Assembly: GCA_045568075.1 (NCBI GenBank)
Contig: JBJLBP010000001.1
Location: 90,001 to 122,000, forward strand
DNA from: Candidatus Thalassarchaeaceae archaeon
Lineage (GTDB): Archaea; Thermoplasmatota; Poseidoniia; Poseidoniales; Thalassarchaeaceae
Direction of reading: 5' to 3'
Length of the DNA stretch: 32,000 nt
In this document: in pieces, positions 15,782 through 24,296 of the stretch
Layout: each line of letters starts with the position of its first letter
How positions within the stretch are numbered: the first letter of the stretch is position 1
Position numbers and translations under genes: made by a program
Notes under the pieces: generated by a model
Told to the model about the DNA's origin: nothing
What the model saw: the letters and a program-made list of their open reading frames with translations, nothing else
Database searches by the model: none

Positions 15782-16747
15782 GTGACCAGACTGCCTCATG
15801 ACCGGTCTCACCTGCTCTGGGAGGGTGGTGAAAACGCTGGCTCACCGAATGATACGGGCGGACCGTCAACACTGTTTCTGCAGTCAATTGACCGCTGGGT
15901 GGATGCAATGGTTGCCGACGAGCACGGCGGTGGCGCGAGTTCTGACGAAGCGATTTCAGGGCTGGTTCGCGCCAAGGCAGCCGGTCTGATTGCAGGCTGT
16001 AGCGCCGCCGACCGGCTCGTCTCTAGGCACTTTTCTGATTGCACCTTGGATTGGGCGGTTCGTGACGGTGATTCCGTTGCGATTGGCGACTCTGTGCTGA
16101 CTCTTTCTGGCCCTGCTGCTCAAGTTCTGCGCTGCGAGCGCATCATGCTGAATTTGCTCGGTCGGATGTCGGGAATTGCAACTTACACCGCTGATTGGGT
16201 CGGCTCGGCTGGCTCGATGGGAGTGGCTTGTACGCGCAAAACCGAATGGGGGCTGCTCGACAAGTGGGCGGTTCACATTGGCGGGGGTCTGACTCACCGC
16301 TTGTCGCGTGCTGATGCTTTGATGATCAAGGAGAATGATTTGGTAGCGCTCGCGCCGGATGCTGAAGATGAGGCGAGCGCTGTCGCCGCAGCGGTGGCAG
16401 GAATTGACATGGATGCCGATGCAGCGTTCACTGTAGTCGAAGTTCGTGATGAGGCTCAGGCTGTGGCTGCTGCTGGTGCCTGGGCTGAGGCTCAGGTTGA
16501 TCGCAGCGGTTGCGAGCGAATTGTGCTACTGCTAGACAATATGGGCGCTAGTGGATGTGCGCAGGCCCATTCAATACTCGTCGCAGAGGACCTGCGATCT
16601 TGGTGTATACTCGAAGGCTCGGGCGGTGTGAGCCGTGCTGAGCTCGAAGATTGGGTGGCGAGCGGTGTTGATTTGATTTCGACAAGCGCTCTCAACAGAG
16701 GTGTAGCTCCGCTCGACCTCTCAATGAGAGTGGAAGGAGGTGACTGA
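15782..16747 (+). CDS. nadC: Nicotinate-nucleotide (quinolinate) pyrophosphorylase NadC-like
   Basis: 321 aa (GTG start; start uncertain). NadC family motifs present: LRCERIMLNLLGRMSGIATYT, TRKTEWGLLDKWAVHIGGGLTHRLSRADALMIKEND, LLLDNM, EGSGGV. Confidence 0.8.
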   Translation: MTRLPHDRSHLLWEGGENAGSPNDTGGPSTLFLQSIDRWVDAMVADEHGGGASSDEAISGLVRAKAAGLIAGCSAADRLVSRHFSDCTLDWAVRDGDSVAIGDSVLTLSGPAAQVLRCERIMLNLLGRMSGIATYTADWVGSAGSMGVACTRKTEWGLLDKWAVHIGGGLTHRLSRADALMIKENDLVALAPDAEDEASAVAAAVAGIDMDADAAFTVVEVRDEAQAVAAAGAWAEAQVDRSGCERIVLLLDNMGASGCAQAHSILVAEDLRSWCILEGSGGVSRAELEDWVASGVDLISTSALNRGVAPLDLSMRVEGGD

Positions 16748-17533
16748 ATGGGAGAGATTCCTGATTCACACCCGCGCAAGGCATCTCTTCTCGCGCGCGC
16801 TAAACTTACCGAGGCATCCCTACAAGGGCTTCTTGCTGAATCTGCAATGATTGCTCATGGCCGCGGTGAAGCCTTCGATTACCTTCTCGGCGAGCAAACC
16901 AGCGATTCAGCTCGAGCAGCAATTGGTGAATCGGCGGCTCGACTGCGAGCGGCCAAACACCCGATCATTTCACTCAACGGGAATACCACTGTCCTCGCAG
17001 GAGCCGATGCAATCAGGGCAGCAGCAATCCTTGGTTGCTCAGTCGAGGTGAACATCTACTATCGAACTCCTGAGCGAATGAGCAAACTGAACGAAACACT
17101 CGAAGAACTTCGCGAAGAAGTTGCTAACAACGCCCCTCCAGAAGGATGGATGGGTTCGCAGTGGCCCGAATCGGTGCGTGCAGTGGAAATTCTTGGGGCA
17201 AAGGCAGATGGTCGAATCGCTGGCCTTGAAGGTCCACGCTCTCAATGTAGCTCACGTGGTATAGAAGCGGCTGATGCAGTACTGGTTCCCCTTGAAGACG
17301 GCGATAGATGTGAAGCCCTTATCGCCCTCGGCAAGCAAGTTATCGTCATTGATCTCAACCCTCTTTCGCGAACCGCACGTATGGCCCACGTTACAATCGT
17401 CGACGAAGTCAGTCGGGCGATGGCCGAACTATGCCGAGCCCTTGTTGCAGAACCCCAAGTAAGCGATTGGGATAACGAACAGGCTCTACGTGATGCCCTA
17501 GAAATCATGGGCGAGGCCTCAAAGCGAATTTGA
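16748..17533 (+). CDS. 4-phosphopantoate--beta-alanine ligase (archaeal phosphopantothenate synthetase, COG1701)
   Basis: 261 aa; the ATG abuts the nadC stop (TGAATG). HPRKASLLARAKL...IAHGRGEAFDYLLGEQT...PIISLNGNTTVLAG...VEVNIYYRTPER matches the archaeal PPS signature as remembered. Confidence 0.8.
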   Translation: MGEIPDSHPRKASLLARAKLTEASLQGLLAESAMIAHGRGEAFDYLLGEQTSDSARAAIGESAARLRAAKHPIISLNGNTTVLAGADAIRAAAILGCSVEVNIYYRTPERMSKLNETLEELREEVANNAPPEGWMGSQWPESVRAVEILGAKADGRIAGLEGPRSQCSSRGIEAADAVLVPLEDGDRCEALIALGKQVIVIDLNPLSRTARMAHVTIVDEVSRAMAELCRALVAEPQVSDWDNEQALRDALEIMGEASKRI

Positions 17534-17542
17534 GAATCGCAT

Positions 17543-18757
17543 TCAAGCCATTGCGAACTGCTCGCGTAGCATCTTTTCACAGCGGTCTGCAATGGCTTGC
17601 CCGACCTCGGAAGTACTAGCGCTTCCACCGAGGTCGTAAGTCATACATCCACTCTCTTCGAAATGCTGTTGGATTGCAGTTTGAAGAATATCAGCACACA
17701 TATCGAGGTTCTCGTCCTCATTGCGGTATGCGAGGGCTTCGAACATCAACTGAACAGATTGCAAAGTCGCAATCGGATTCACAACGTTGAGTCCGGCATA
17801 CTTTGGTGACGAGCCGTGTACCGGCTCGAAGAGCATGTGCTTCGGGCCAAGATTGGCGCTAGCTGCCATTCCCATTCCACCCTGTAGGACGCTGGCAAGG
17901 TCTGTTGCGATATCACCGAACATGTTGGGGAGGACGACGACGTCGAGGTTTTCTGGACTCCTCATCAGCCACATTGTGAATGCATCGATATAGGCCTTAT
18001 TGGTGCTAATATCGGGGTTTTCCTCAGAAATTTCATCGAAAATACTGCGGAATAATCGGCACCCACGCGTAACGTTCGACTTGTCCACACAAGTCACCGT
18101 CTGCGGGGCACCCATCTTGCGTTGGCGATGGCGGGCGAAGTCGAATGCGAACTTGATTACCCGCTCGCTTCCCTTCCTTGAAATTGGGCGCGGGTCCCAT
18201 GCAACCTCGCCATCGAGCCCAGGGAATTCATCGATTACGATGGGGTCATCCTTCCCTCCCTTCGCTTTCTGCTCCATTCTGCGAAGAAGTGAGTGGTAGA
18301 GGCCTTCTGTATTCTCACGGATCATCACCATATCGACGAGATCCGGATTCCAGATTTGCTGGTGGATTCCGTGAATCTTGTGCGGGACTCCTTTGTAGAG
18401 CTTGACTGGACGGACGTTGGCGAATAGCTTCAGTCCACTGCGAAGGCCCAGAATTGTTTGGCCGCCAGCCATGTCTCCATTCGGAAGGCGGGCGTCGGGC
18501 CAGCCTATTGCGCCGAGGAGAATTGCATCAGAATTGTCTCGGCAATGCTCGAATGAACCGGCTGGCCACTCTTCGCCTGTTTCGAGATAATACTGGCCTC
18601 CGCAAGGAATTTCGGTGATATCAAAGGAAGATGGGCTGTTCTCTTCAAAGACAGCGATGACTCGTAGAGCCTCCGCGATGACTTCTCGCCCAGTTCCGTC
18701 TCCGGGCAGCACTGTGAGGCGATAGGCTGTCATCGAGTCGCGGCACCTACTCATCAT
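17543..18757 (-). CDS. Isocitrate/isopropylmalate dehydrogenase family protein (tartrate/D-malate dehydrogenase-like)
   Basis: 404 aa. Family motifs VLPGDGTGREV, LLGAIGWPD...LRSGLKLFANVRP, IRENTEGLY and NMFGDIATDLASVLQGGMGMAASANLG. An alternative start exists at M9 (MTAYRL). Confidence 0.85.
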   Translation of the reverse strand: MMSRCRDSMTAYRLTVLPGDGTGREVIAEALRVIAVFEENSPSSFDITEIPCGGQYYLETGEEWPAGSFEHCRDNSDAILLGAIGWPDARLPNGDMAGGQTILGLRSGLKLFANVRPVKLYKGVPHKIHGIHQQIWNPDLVDMVMIRENTEGLYHSLLRRMEQKAKGGKDDPIVIDEFPGLDGEVAWDPRPISRKGSERVIKFAFDFARHRQRKMGAPQTVTCVDKSNVTRGCRLFRSIFDEISEENPDISTNKAYIDAFTMWLMRSPENLDVVVLPNMFGDIATDLASVLQGGMGMAASANLGPKHMLFEPVHGSSPKYAGLNVVNPIATLQSVQLMFEALAYRNEDENLDMCADILQTAIQQHFEESGCMTYDLGGSASTSEVGQAIADRCEKMLREQFAMA

Positions 18758-18803
18758 TCATCAATCCGACCCATCTATTCCTTCAATGGGAGAATCGAAT
18801 CTC

Positions 18804-18843
18804 TCGCCTGCGTGTAAGAGAATTTGCACCCCCTCGCAGGCGA
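18804..18843. promoter_or_regulatory. 9-bp perfect inverted repeat TCGCCTGCG-n22-CGCAGGCGA abutting a TATA-like ATATTTCATA
   Basis: Read directly in the 120-bp divergent region. The right arm ends where the TATA-like element (18843..18852) begins. That element lies about 26-30 bp upstream of ATG 18878, so the arm occupies the BRE position. Confidence 0.35.
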
Positions 18844-18877
18844 TATTTCATAGACGGTCAATGCGAACAAGAAAGAC

Positions 18878-19489
18878 ATGGACCGGTCGGGAGACGACGG
18901 GAGCGAATCTCCACGCATAGATGTGAAGACGTTGCCAGATTCAGTCGCGCGCCTTTGGGAGACGATGCTGCGGCTCGATCCTTCATGGGATTTAGCGCGC
19001 TGGCTAGACGAGAGAGCTGAGGAAGAATTGGAGCTTGTAGAGTCTCATCTTGGGCGTGAGCGCATGCGTCTAGAACAGAGACTGCATCGAATCGAGACTT
19101 TGGTCAAGCGGCTCAAGAGGCAGCGAGAAGTAACTGATCGAGGCCTGATGAATGATCCCCTGCAGAAGAATCTCTTCGATGTCTTCGATGGGCCAGCCAT
19201 CCCATCGGATGAGATGTATGAGGTGGACGAAGCTGATGAGCCCGTGGTCTCGGGTGGAATACTCGGAGTCGAGGATGACCCTCTGCTGGCGATTGTTGCT
19301 GAACACATCCTCGGAACAATTGAAGTGGCCTCGCTGCAAAAGGCGGCGGCTGTCCATTTCGATGAGCTTATCGGGGCACTGAGTCCCATGGGAATCTCTG
19401 TTGATGAGGTCGATGAGGCGATTGCGCACCTCTTACAACATCGTATAATTATCGAGTTAGAACAGGATTTATTTGGTCTGAACTCGTAA
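18878..19489 (+). CDS. Acidic hypothetical protein with coiled-coil and C-terminal winged-helix-like segment
   Basis: 203 aa. The central segment LELVESHLGRERMRLEQRLHRIETLVKRLKRQRE is a heptad-like helix. Then comes an acidic linker, then LLAIVAEHILGTIEVASLQKAAAVHFDELIGALSPMGISVDEVDEAIAHLLQHRIIIELEQ. The gene ends 14 bp before the methyltransferase gene. Confidence 0.6.
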   Translation: MDRSGDDGSESPRIDVKTLPDSVARLWETMLRLDPSWDLARWLDERAEEELELVESHLGRERMRLEQRLHRIETLVKRLKRQREVTDRGLMNDPLQKNLFDVFDGPAIPSDEMYEVDEADEPVVSGGILGVEDDPLLAIVAEHILGTIEVASLQKAAAVHFDELIGALSPMGISVDEVDEAIAHLLQHRIIIELEQDLFGLNS

Positions 19490-19503
19490 TTTTTCCCTCG
19501 AAA

Positions 19504-21537
19504 GTGAGGTTGGAAGCAACCGTTCCCTTCAAAGAAGAGACCCCTGTCGGCAGTCGCGTCGATATCATGGTAAGCGACGCATCGGGATGGTACGCACGAC
19601 TTGATAGGTCGTGCGAGAATAGAATCGAACAACTCGACTCGTGGCTTGATGCCTGGGAAGAGTCGATTCGGCACAATATCCCTATCGCAGCCACAATGCC
19701 CAGCGATTGGCCCACACTGCCTGCTGGGCTACTCTCGAATCCAGGAGCGGTTCTCGACCATATGCTGGCGCGCTACGATGCTGAAATTGATGGTCGCTCG
19801 CCTCGCGGTGCTTACGCAACTCCCGCCCGCTTCGCGGATGCAATGCTCGCCGATGAGCTCGGTGAGCGAGGTGCCGGAGTATCAACTCAGATGCCAACGG
19901 ACATTTCGCTGGCCGCTCTACCTCCTGGCTTCCGCGCCTTTGCCGCTCAAATGAACGAGGCAAACTCACCCGAACTGGACGATGATTTGGACGAGGCGGT
20001 GCTGGCTGGAGAGAAGACCGCCTCTGGAATCCCACTTCCCTTTGCCGACCCAGCAGTCGGAGCCGGCCTCTTCCCCGAGCGCGTACTGAAGGTTCACTAC
20101 GAGCGAATCGATGGAATGTCGGACTCGGCTCGAAAGGAGGATACAATTCGACTCCTCTCAAACATGCAACTTCTCGATATCTCTGAGATCGCCGTGAGCT
20201 GTACTCGTCGGCGTCTCTTACTGGTTCTAGCCAAATCGGGTCTCGTCGACCTCGATGGGCCTGGTGACGATTCGCGCATCGCCCGCGAGGAAGCGGAGAT
20301 TCTACTCGATTCCAGCGTCCAGCATGGTGATGCACTGCGCGGCATCTGGCCTTGGAATGATGAGCCGCGCCTACTAATTTGCAATCCTCCTTGGTTGCGC
20401 ATCAAGGATAGGTTCCGAGGTCATCCTGATGGTAGCAATCTGCGTAAGGAATTGTCTCGAGAGTTGCGCAGTATCACAGAGGATGATGGTCGGCTACGAT
20501 TCAGCACCCTTCTTGGTAATGTGAACCTCTACCGCCTATTCCTCGAGCGTTCCTTACAACTCGTCAGCGAAGGAGGTCGAGTTCGTATGATTGTACCCGA
20601 TTCACTGTTGCGCGAGAAGAGTAGCGTACCTCTTCGAAAGCTCATCGTCGAGCGGAACGAATGGGACTCAGCTTGGTCATTCCCTGAGAGTCAGAGGGTT
20701 TTCCCTGGGGTCTCGCAGGGTGTTCTTGTCATCGGCATCACCGTTGGGGGAGAAACTTCTGCTCTGAGGAGCTGGGGTCCTTTGGAGAGCAGCGATGTTC
20801 TACCTTCGACTGGACTCGACCCAAAATCACCGGAACTCGTCCTTGAGCGCGAAATTTGGTCGGTCTGGACCGATATGAATTGGGCTGTCCCGAGAATGCC
20901 GCGCGCTGAACATGAGCGCCGCTCGGTTCTGAAGGCGATTTCGCAACTCGCTGAACTGCCTCGCCTATCTGAGGAACATAATTGGCTCAACCCGAGTGGC
21001 GAACCAATCCGTGTTCGTGTCGGAGAAATTGACCAAACTACGTGGTCGTCTGACATCCGTGATTGGAACCCTCGCTCTCGTGGCACACCATTCATCCGCG
21101 GAATCCACTTCAACCTCGATGGAAGCAAGGTCTCAATCAACCACCCTGGATACAACTCCTCGATCCCAAGGGACTCACTCGAGCGGTCGCAGGCTCTGTG
21201 GAAGGGGCCTATCGAGTCGCGCGGAGTAAGTCGGATCGCTTGCCAGGCCATCGTTAACGCTCAGCAAAACCGCCGACTGCGTTGGGTCGTCGTACCCCCA
21301 GACTGTGTTCTAGGGAATTCGGTGAATTTCCTCGAGTTGCCAGAGGCTGTTCTAGACAGTCTCGCAGAGCAGTATGGAACTCTCGATGATGGTCTGCTCT
21401 GGCTTGCTGAGCACCTAAACTCAGACAAACTCAATCTCTGGTCACGTGCCTGGGCGGCGAATAATAACGTCAACAATTACGAGATCGAAAACCTACCCTT
21501 CCCACCCCCAGTCAGCCTCGCTGCTATTCAACTGTGA
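19504..21537 (+). CDS. Eco57I-like gamma-class N6-adenine DNA methyltransferase with C-terminal target-recognition region; no nuclease domain seen
   Basis: 677 aa (GTG 19504; first ATG 19567). Motif X GAYATPARFADAML, motif I FADPAVGAGLF, motif IV LLICNPPWLRIK, motif V NLYRLFLERSLQLVSEGGRVRMIVPDSLL. The C-terminal 270 aa end in NNYEIENLPFPPP, which is TaqI_C-like. Confidence 0.8.
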   Translation: MRLEATVPFKEETPVGSRVDIMVSDASGWYARLDRSCENRIEQLDSWLDAWEESIRHNIPIAATMPSDWPTLPAGLLSNPGAVLDHMLARYDAEIDGRSPRGAYATPARFADAMLADELGERGAGVSTQMPTDISLAALPPGFRAFAAQMNEANSPELDDDLDEAVLAGEKTASGIPLPFADPAVGAGLFPERVLKVHYERIDGMSDSARKEDTIRLLSNMQLLDISEIAVSCTRRRLLLVLAKSGLVDLDGPGDDSRIAREEAEILLDSSVQHGDALRGIWPWNDEPRLLICNPPWLRIKDRFRGHPDGSNLRKELSRELRSITEDDGRLRFSTLLGNVNLYRLFLERSLQLVSEGGRVRMIVPDSLLREKSSVPLRKLIVERNEWDSAWSFPESQRVFPGVSQGVLVIGITVGGETSALRSWGPLESSDVLPSTGLDPKSPELVLEREIWSVWTDMNWAVPRMPRAEHERRSVLKAISQLAELPRLSEEHNWLNPSGEPIRVRVGEIDQTTWSSDIRDWNPRSRGTPFIRGIHFNLDGSKVSINHPGYNSSIPRDSLERSQALWKGPIESRGVSRIACQAIVNAQQNRRLRWVVVPPDCVLGNSVNFLELPEAVLDSLAEQYGTLDDGLLWLAEHLNSDKLNLWSRAWAANNNVNNYEIENLPFPPPVSLAAIQL

Positions 21538-21748
21538 CCGGGGTCGAATCCTTCTCGGATTGACAATTACTTTCGATGTCGTCTGATTTTCGCTTTGTGT
21601 CGGTGAAGTGGAAATTTAGAGGATGAAGTCCGGAAATTCATTTCCGTCGAACGGAGCAATTGACCCTTTTAGACCAAATTGATTATTACGAGCGCATCGC
21701 GTACGCAGGGCGTACCATCGCGTTAGCGTTTGTCAGATAGGCGAGATT

Positions 21749-22333
21749 ATGGGAATTCATCCAAAAATAGGCATTACTGGCCTTCCGAGGGCTGGCAAGT
21801 CTGCGGTTCTCGAAAAAGTTGTCAATATGCTAAGCGATGAGCGACGTCAAGAGAAGCGCTCTCGCAGAGATGACACCGCAGGAAATCCGATCGTTGGTGG
21901 GATGAAAACGCGCACAATTCTCGAAGATGGTCAACGCGTTGGGTTCGAATGTGTAGATATCATTACTGGAGATTCCGCAGTCATGGCACATCGAGACATA
22001 GACTCTCGAACTCGAATTCTGGGATACGGTATCAACCCCGAAGCATTAGACGAAATCGGAGTCGCCGCCATTCAACGAACAATCGAGGAGTGTGAAATCC
22101 TCGTAATCGATGAAATCGGCAAGTATTCTGTCGAGAGCGAGGCCTTTGTCAAGGCTGTTCGTGAAGGCCTCGACAGAGATATGCCGACGATTTTGACCCT
22201 TCACAAGAAGAGTCGGCATCCGCTGCTTCAGGACATTCGTCGCCGTGATGATGCACGTATCCTCGAAGTGACTCCTGTCAATCGCGCGCTTCTGCCATAC
22301 AAGATTCACAAGTTGGTCCGCGAGACTTACTGA
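21749..22333 (+). CDS. THEP1/COG1618-type nucleoside-triphosphatase
   Basis: 194 aa. P-loop KIGITGLPRAGKSAVL, Walker B ILVIDEIGKYSVES, and later PTILTLHKKSRHPLL, in the order remembered for archaeal MJ1559/THEP1-type NTPases. Confidence 0.7.
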   Translation: MGIHPKIGITGLPRAGKSAVLEKVVNMLSDERRQEKRSRRDDTAGNPIVGGMKTRTILEDGQRVGFECVDIITGDSAVMAHRDIDSRTRILGYGINPEALDEIGVAAIQRTIEECEILVIDEIGKYSVESEAFVKAVREGLDRDMPTILTLHKKSRHPLLQDIRRRDDARILEVTPVNRALLPYKIHKLVRETY

Positions 22334-22395
22334 CACTGAACAGCGCGGACAGCAAAGGCGAGGCATTCATCCGCTTCGGGCTGCTCTGAGTATCG

Positions 22396-22779
22396 ATGGA
22401 ATCCCCCGCGGCCCGCCTCGAGCGCGTGCTAATCGGCATCACTATCCCCGCCGCATTCCTAAGCGCGCTCGCCCTTTCAGAGGGTAGAATCGAGGTGCTC
22501 GGCTGCACCAGCAGCTCTTGTGCAAGCATCACTGATGCCGCGCTCGTCCTGCCTATCGTCGTACTCATCTGCCTAGCAGGACTCCTCATCCTCCGCGTCT
22601 CGCGCGGACGAGAGCACGGCGAAGCACCCCTCGACCGCTGGTTCAGCCGCGAACCAGAGTCAGTGATGCGGCAACGCCTCGAAGAAGAGCGATTCGATGC
22701 TGACGATGAAGGCATGAGTTCACGTTGGGCCCATCTTGAAAAGAAAAATCTCGAGGAGAGGTACGGCGAGGAAGAATGA
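22396..22779 (+). CDS. Hypothetical small membrane protein (2 TM helices, acidic C-terminus)
   Basis: 127 aa. Hydrophobic helices VLIGITIPAAFLSALALS and ALVLPIVVLICLAGLLILRV. The competing antisense ORF 22278..22715 is Ser/Arg-rich and looks spurious. Confidence 0.5.
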   Translation: MESPAARLERVLIGITIPAAFLSALALSEGRIEVLGCTSSSCASITDAALVLPIVVLICLAGLLILRVSRGREHGEAPLDRWFSREPESVMRQRLEEERFDADDEGMSSRWAHLEKKNLEERYGEEE

Positions 22780-22857
22780 GGTGGTTATGGCCGCTTCACT
22801 CTCTGCTTGCGCAATCGAAACCTTGACCCATCTCCCAATCCTCGCCGACCCGATAGC

Positions 22858-23241
22858 ATGAGTGAAGTGCCCGCTGACCTGAGATACACGGAAGAGCATG
22901 AATGGGTTCGAATCGATGGTGATATCGCCATTATCGGAGTCACTGACTTCGCTCAGGATGCACTAACCGATGTCGTTTGGGTCGAACTCCCAGAGGTCGG
23001 CGCAAGTGTTGCGGCTATGGAATCGTGTGGCAGTGTCGAATCTGTAAAGTCAGTCAGCGAAATTTACGCTCCGCTCGCTGGTGAAATCACAGAGGCTAAC
23101 GAGAGTCTCGAAGATGCTCCCGAGCAAATCAATCAGGATCCTTATGGCGAGGGCTGGATATGGAAAATGACGATTAGTGACGCTGGCGAATTAGACGCGC
23201 TTCTCGACGCAGCCGGGTACAGCGAACTACTCGGTGAGTGA
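22858..23241 (+). CDS. gcvH: Glycine cleavage system H protein
   Basis: ORF 22807..23241; the likely ATG is 22858 (MSEVPADLRYTEEHEWV). Lipoyl-lysine context GSVESVKSVSEIYAPLAGEI, and a DPYGEGWIWK tail. Confidence 0.9.
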   Translation: MSEVPADLRYTEEHEWVRIDGDIAIIGVTDFAQDALTDVVWVELPEVGASVAAMESCGSVESVKSVSEIYAPLAGEITEANESLEDAPEQINQDPYGEGWIWKMTISDAGELDALLDAAGYSELLGE

Positions 23242-23780
23242 GCCCCGTGGTTGCGGCCCTCCATATCTACGTGGATGGGTCGTGCGAAGAGAATCGAAAC
23301 GTCACCGCTGAAACCCCTGCAGGATGGGGGTTCTGCGTCGTCAGAGGAGACACCGGCTTGGGCAGAGGACGTGGTGAAATCATCACCGAGGGTTTTGGGC
23401 GCGTAATTACCGAAGAGGGTGCGAGCGGATTCATCGGAGCAGAAGTAGGCTCGAACAATACTGCCGAATTGAACGCTATCGCTGGAGCTTTGCAATGGCT
23501 TCTTGCAAAGGGAGGCGATGATTCGGTTGTCATTCGGGCCGATTCACAATATGCGCTGAATATCGCGCAAGGCGAATGGCGGGCGAAGAAGAATCGAGCC
23601 CTTGCCTCGCGCGTGCGCGCTATGTGGGAGGAGGTATCCCATCTGCGCAAGCTGGATGGAGAGCATGTACGCGCTCATCGTGGTCATCGTTGGAACGAGC
23701 GTGCCGACCATCTTGCTTTCAGAGCAATGAGTGGCGAGGACCCCCTGCCTCTACAATTCTGGAAACCGGGTAACAGATAG
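23238..23780 (+). CDS. rnhA: Ribonuclease HI (type 1 RNase H)
   Basis: 180 aa; its GTG start overlaps the gcvH stop (GTGA). The DEDD active-site contexts are present: IYVDGSC, NNTAELNAI, RADSQYAL, HRWNERADHLA. Confidence 0.85.
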   Translation: MSPVVAALHIYVDGSCEENRNVTAETPAGWGFCVVRGDTGLGRGRGEIITEGFGRVITEEGASGFIGAEVGSNNTAELNAIAGALQWLLAKGGDDSVVIRADSQYALNIAQGEWRAKKNRALASRVRAMWEEVSHLRKLDGEHVRAHRGHRWNERADHLAFRAMSGEDPLPLQFWKPGNR

Positions 23781-23792
23781 GCTATGAAGCGA

Positions 23793-24236
23793 TTATTCTG
23801 CGGTTGATTCTGGGTCTGCTAGAGGCCCGCTGGCAAGCATCGCATAAGCTCCTGAAAGTGACGTCAACAGGCCGATTAGCATCAGCACTAGGCCTGTTGG
23901 ATCGGGCAAGTAGGGTTGTAATGGATTGCCCGCGACCCAAGCGAGAATAATTGTCGCAATCCCAGCAAAGAGCACCTTGCGAGATGAGCCGATTGGGTCC
24001 TGCCATCGATCGAGCCACGGAATCAAGCCCTTCCGCTTGAAAGTGGCTCGATACCAAGCGACGTACCAAAAGCCCAATCCGATGAGTCCGATGATGCCGA
24101 CACTGAAGGATTCTGAATCCCAGGGTCCAGCTGGAGCAACACCCAGAACTGCAGCATCGAGGACTAGCAAAGAACCAATCACAGCATGGACTGTAAAGTC
24201 GGGAGCACCCTCACTCATCGCACCTCGCAGGTGCAC
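23793..24236 (-). CDS. Hypothetical integral membrane protein (about 4 TM helices)
   Basis: 147 aa with four hydrophobic segments, for example VHAVIGSLLVLDAAVLGV and GIIGLIGLGFWYVAWY. Alternative start at MSEGAPD (24218). Confidence 0.6.
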   Translation of the reverse strand: MHLRGAMSEGAPDFTVHAVIGSLLVLDAAVLGVAPAGPWDSESFSVGIIGLIGLGFWYVAWYRATFKRKGLIPWLDRWQDPIGSSRKVLFAGIATIILAWVAGNPLQPYLPDPTGLVLMLIGLLTSLSGAYAMLASGPLADPESTAE

Positions 24237-24296
24237 ATAGGGCTTGAACGCGCCGCAGCAGTGATGCGCTCAAGGCGCTTGGGAGGGGTGAGACGG

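Noticed and set aside
15288-15908. 206-aa minus-strand ORF overlapping the oxidoreductase in another frame
   Set aside because: Arg/Ser/Pro-rich with no motifs. The alternative frame encodes a clear Rossmann-fold oxidoreductase.
19045-21251. Long antisense ORFs opposite the 203-aa gene and the methyltransferase (19045..19674, 19682..20335, 20691..21251)
   Set aside because: Their Arg/Ser/Pro-rich translations are typical of antisense frames in GC-rich coding DNA. The plus-strand frame carries a complete ordered MTase motif set.
21541-21561. GGGGTCGAATCC, resembling a tRNA T-loop or a tRNA 3' fragment (possible att remnant)
   Set aside because: No complementary T-stem or acceptor strand. It does not match the tRNA-Cys 3' half in this window. 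It is better explained as a short post-gene hairpin.
22278-22715. 145-aa minus-strand ORF opposite the small membrane protein gene
   Set aside because: Ser/Arg-rich low-complexity translation that overlaps the NTPase 3' end. The plus-strand ORF has two clean TM helices and fits the operon direction.
23926-24240. 104-aa plus-strand ORF opposite the 147-aa membrane protein gene
   Set aside because: The minus-strand frame gives four clean hydrophobic helices. The plus-strand frame is Pro/Ser/Arg-rich with no features.
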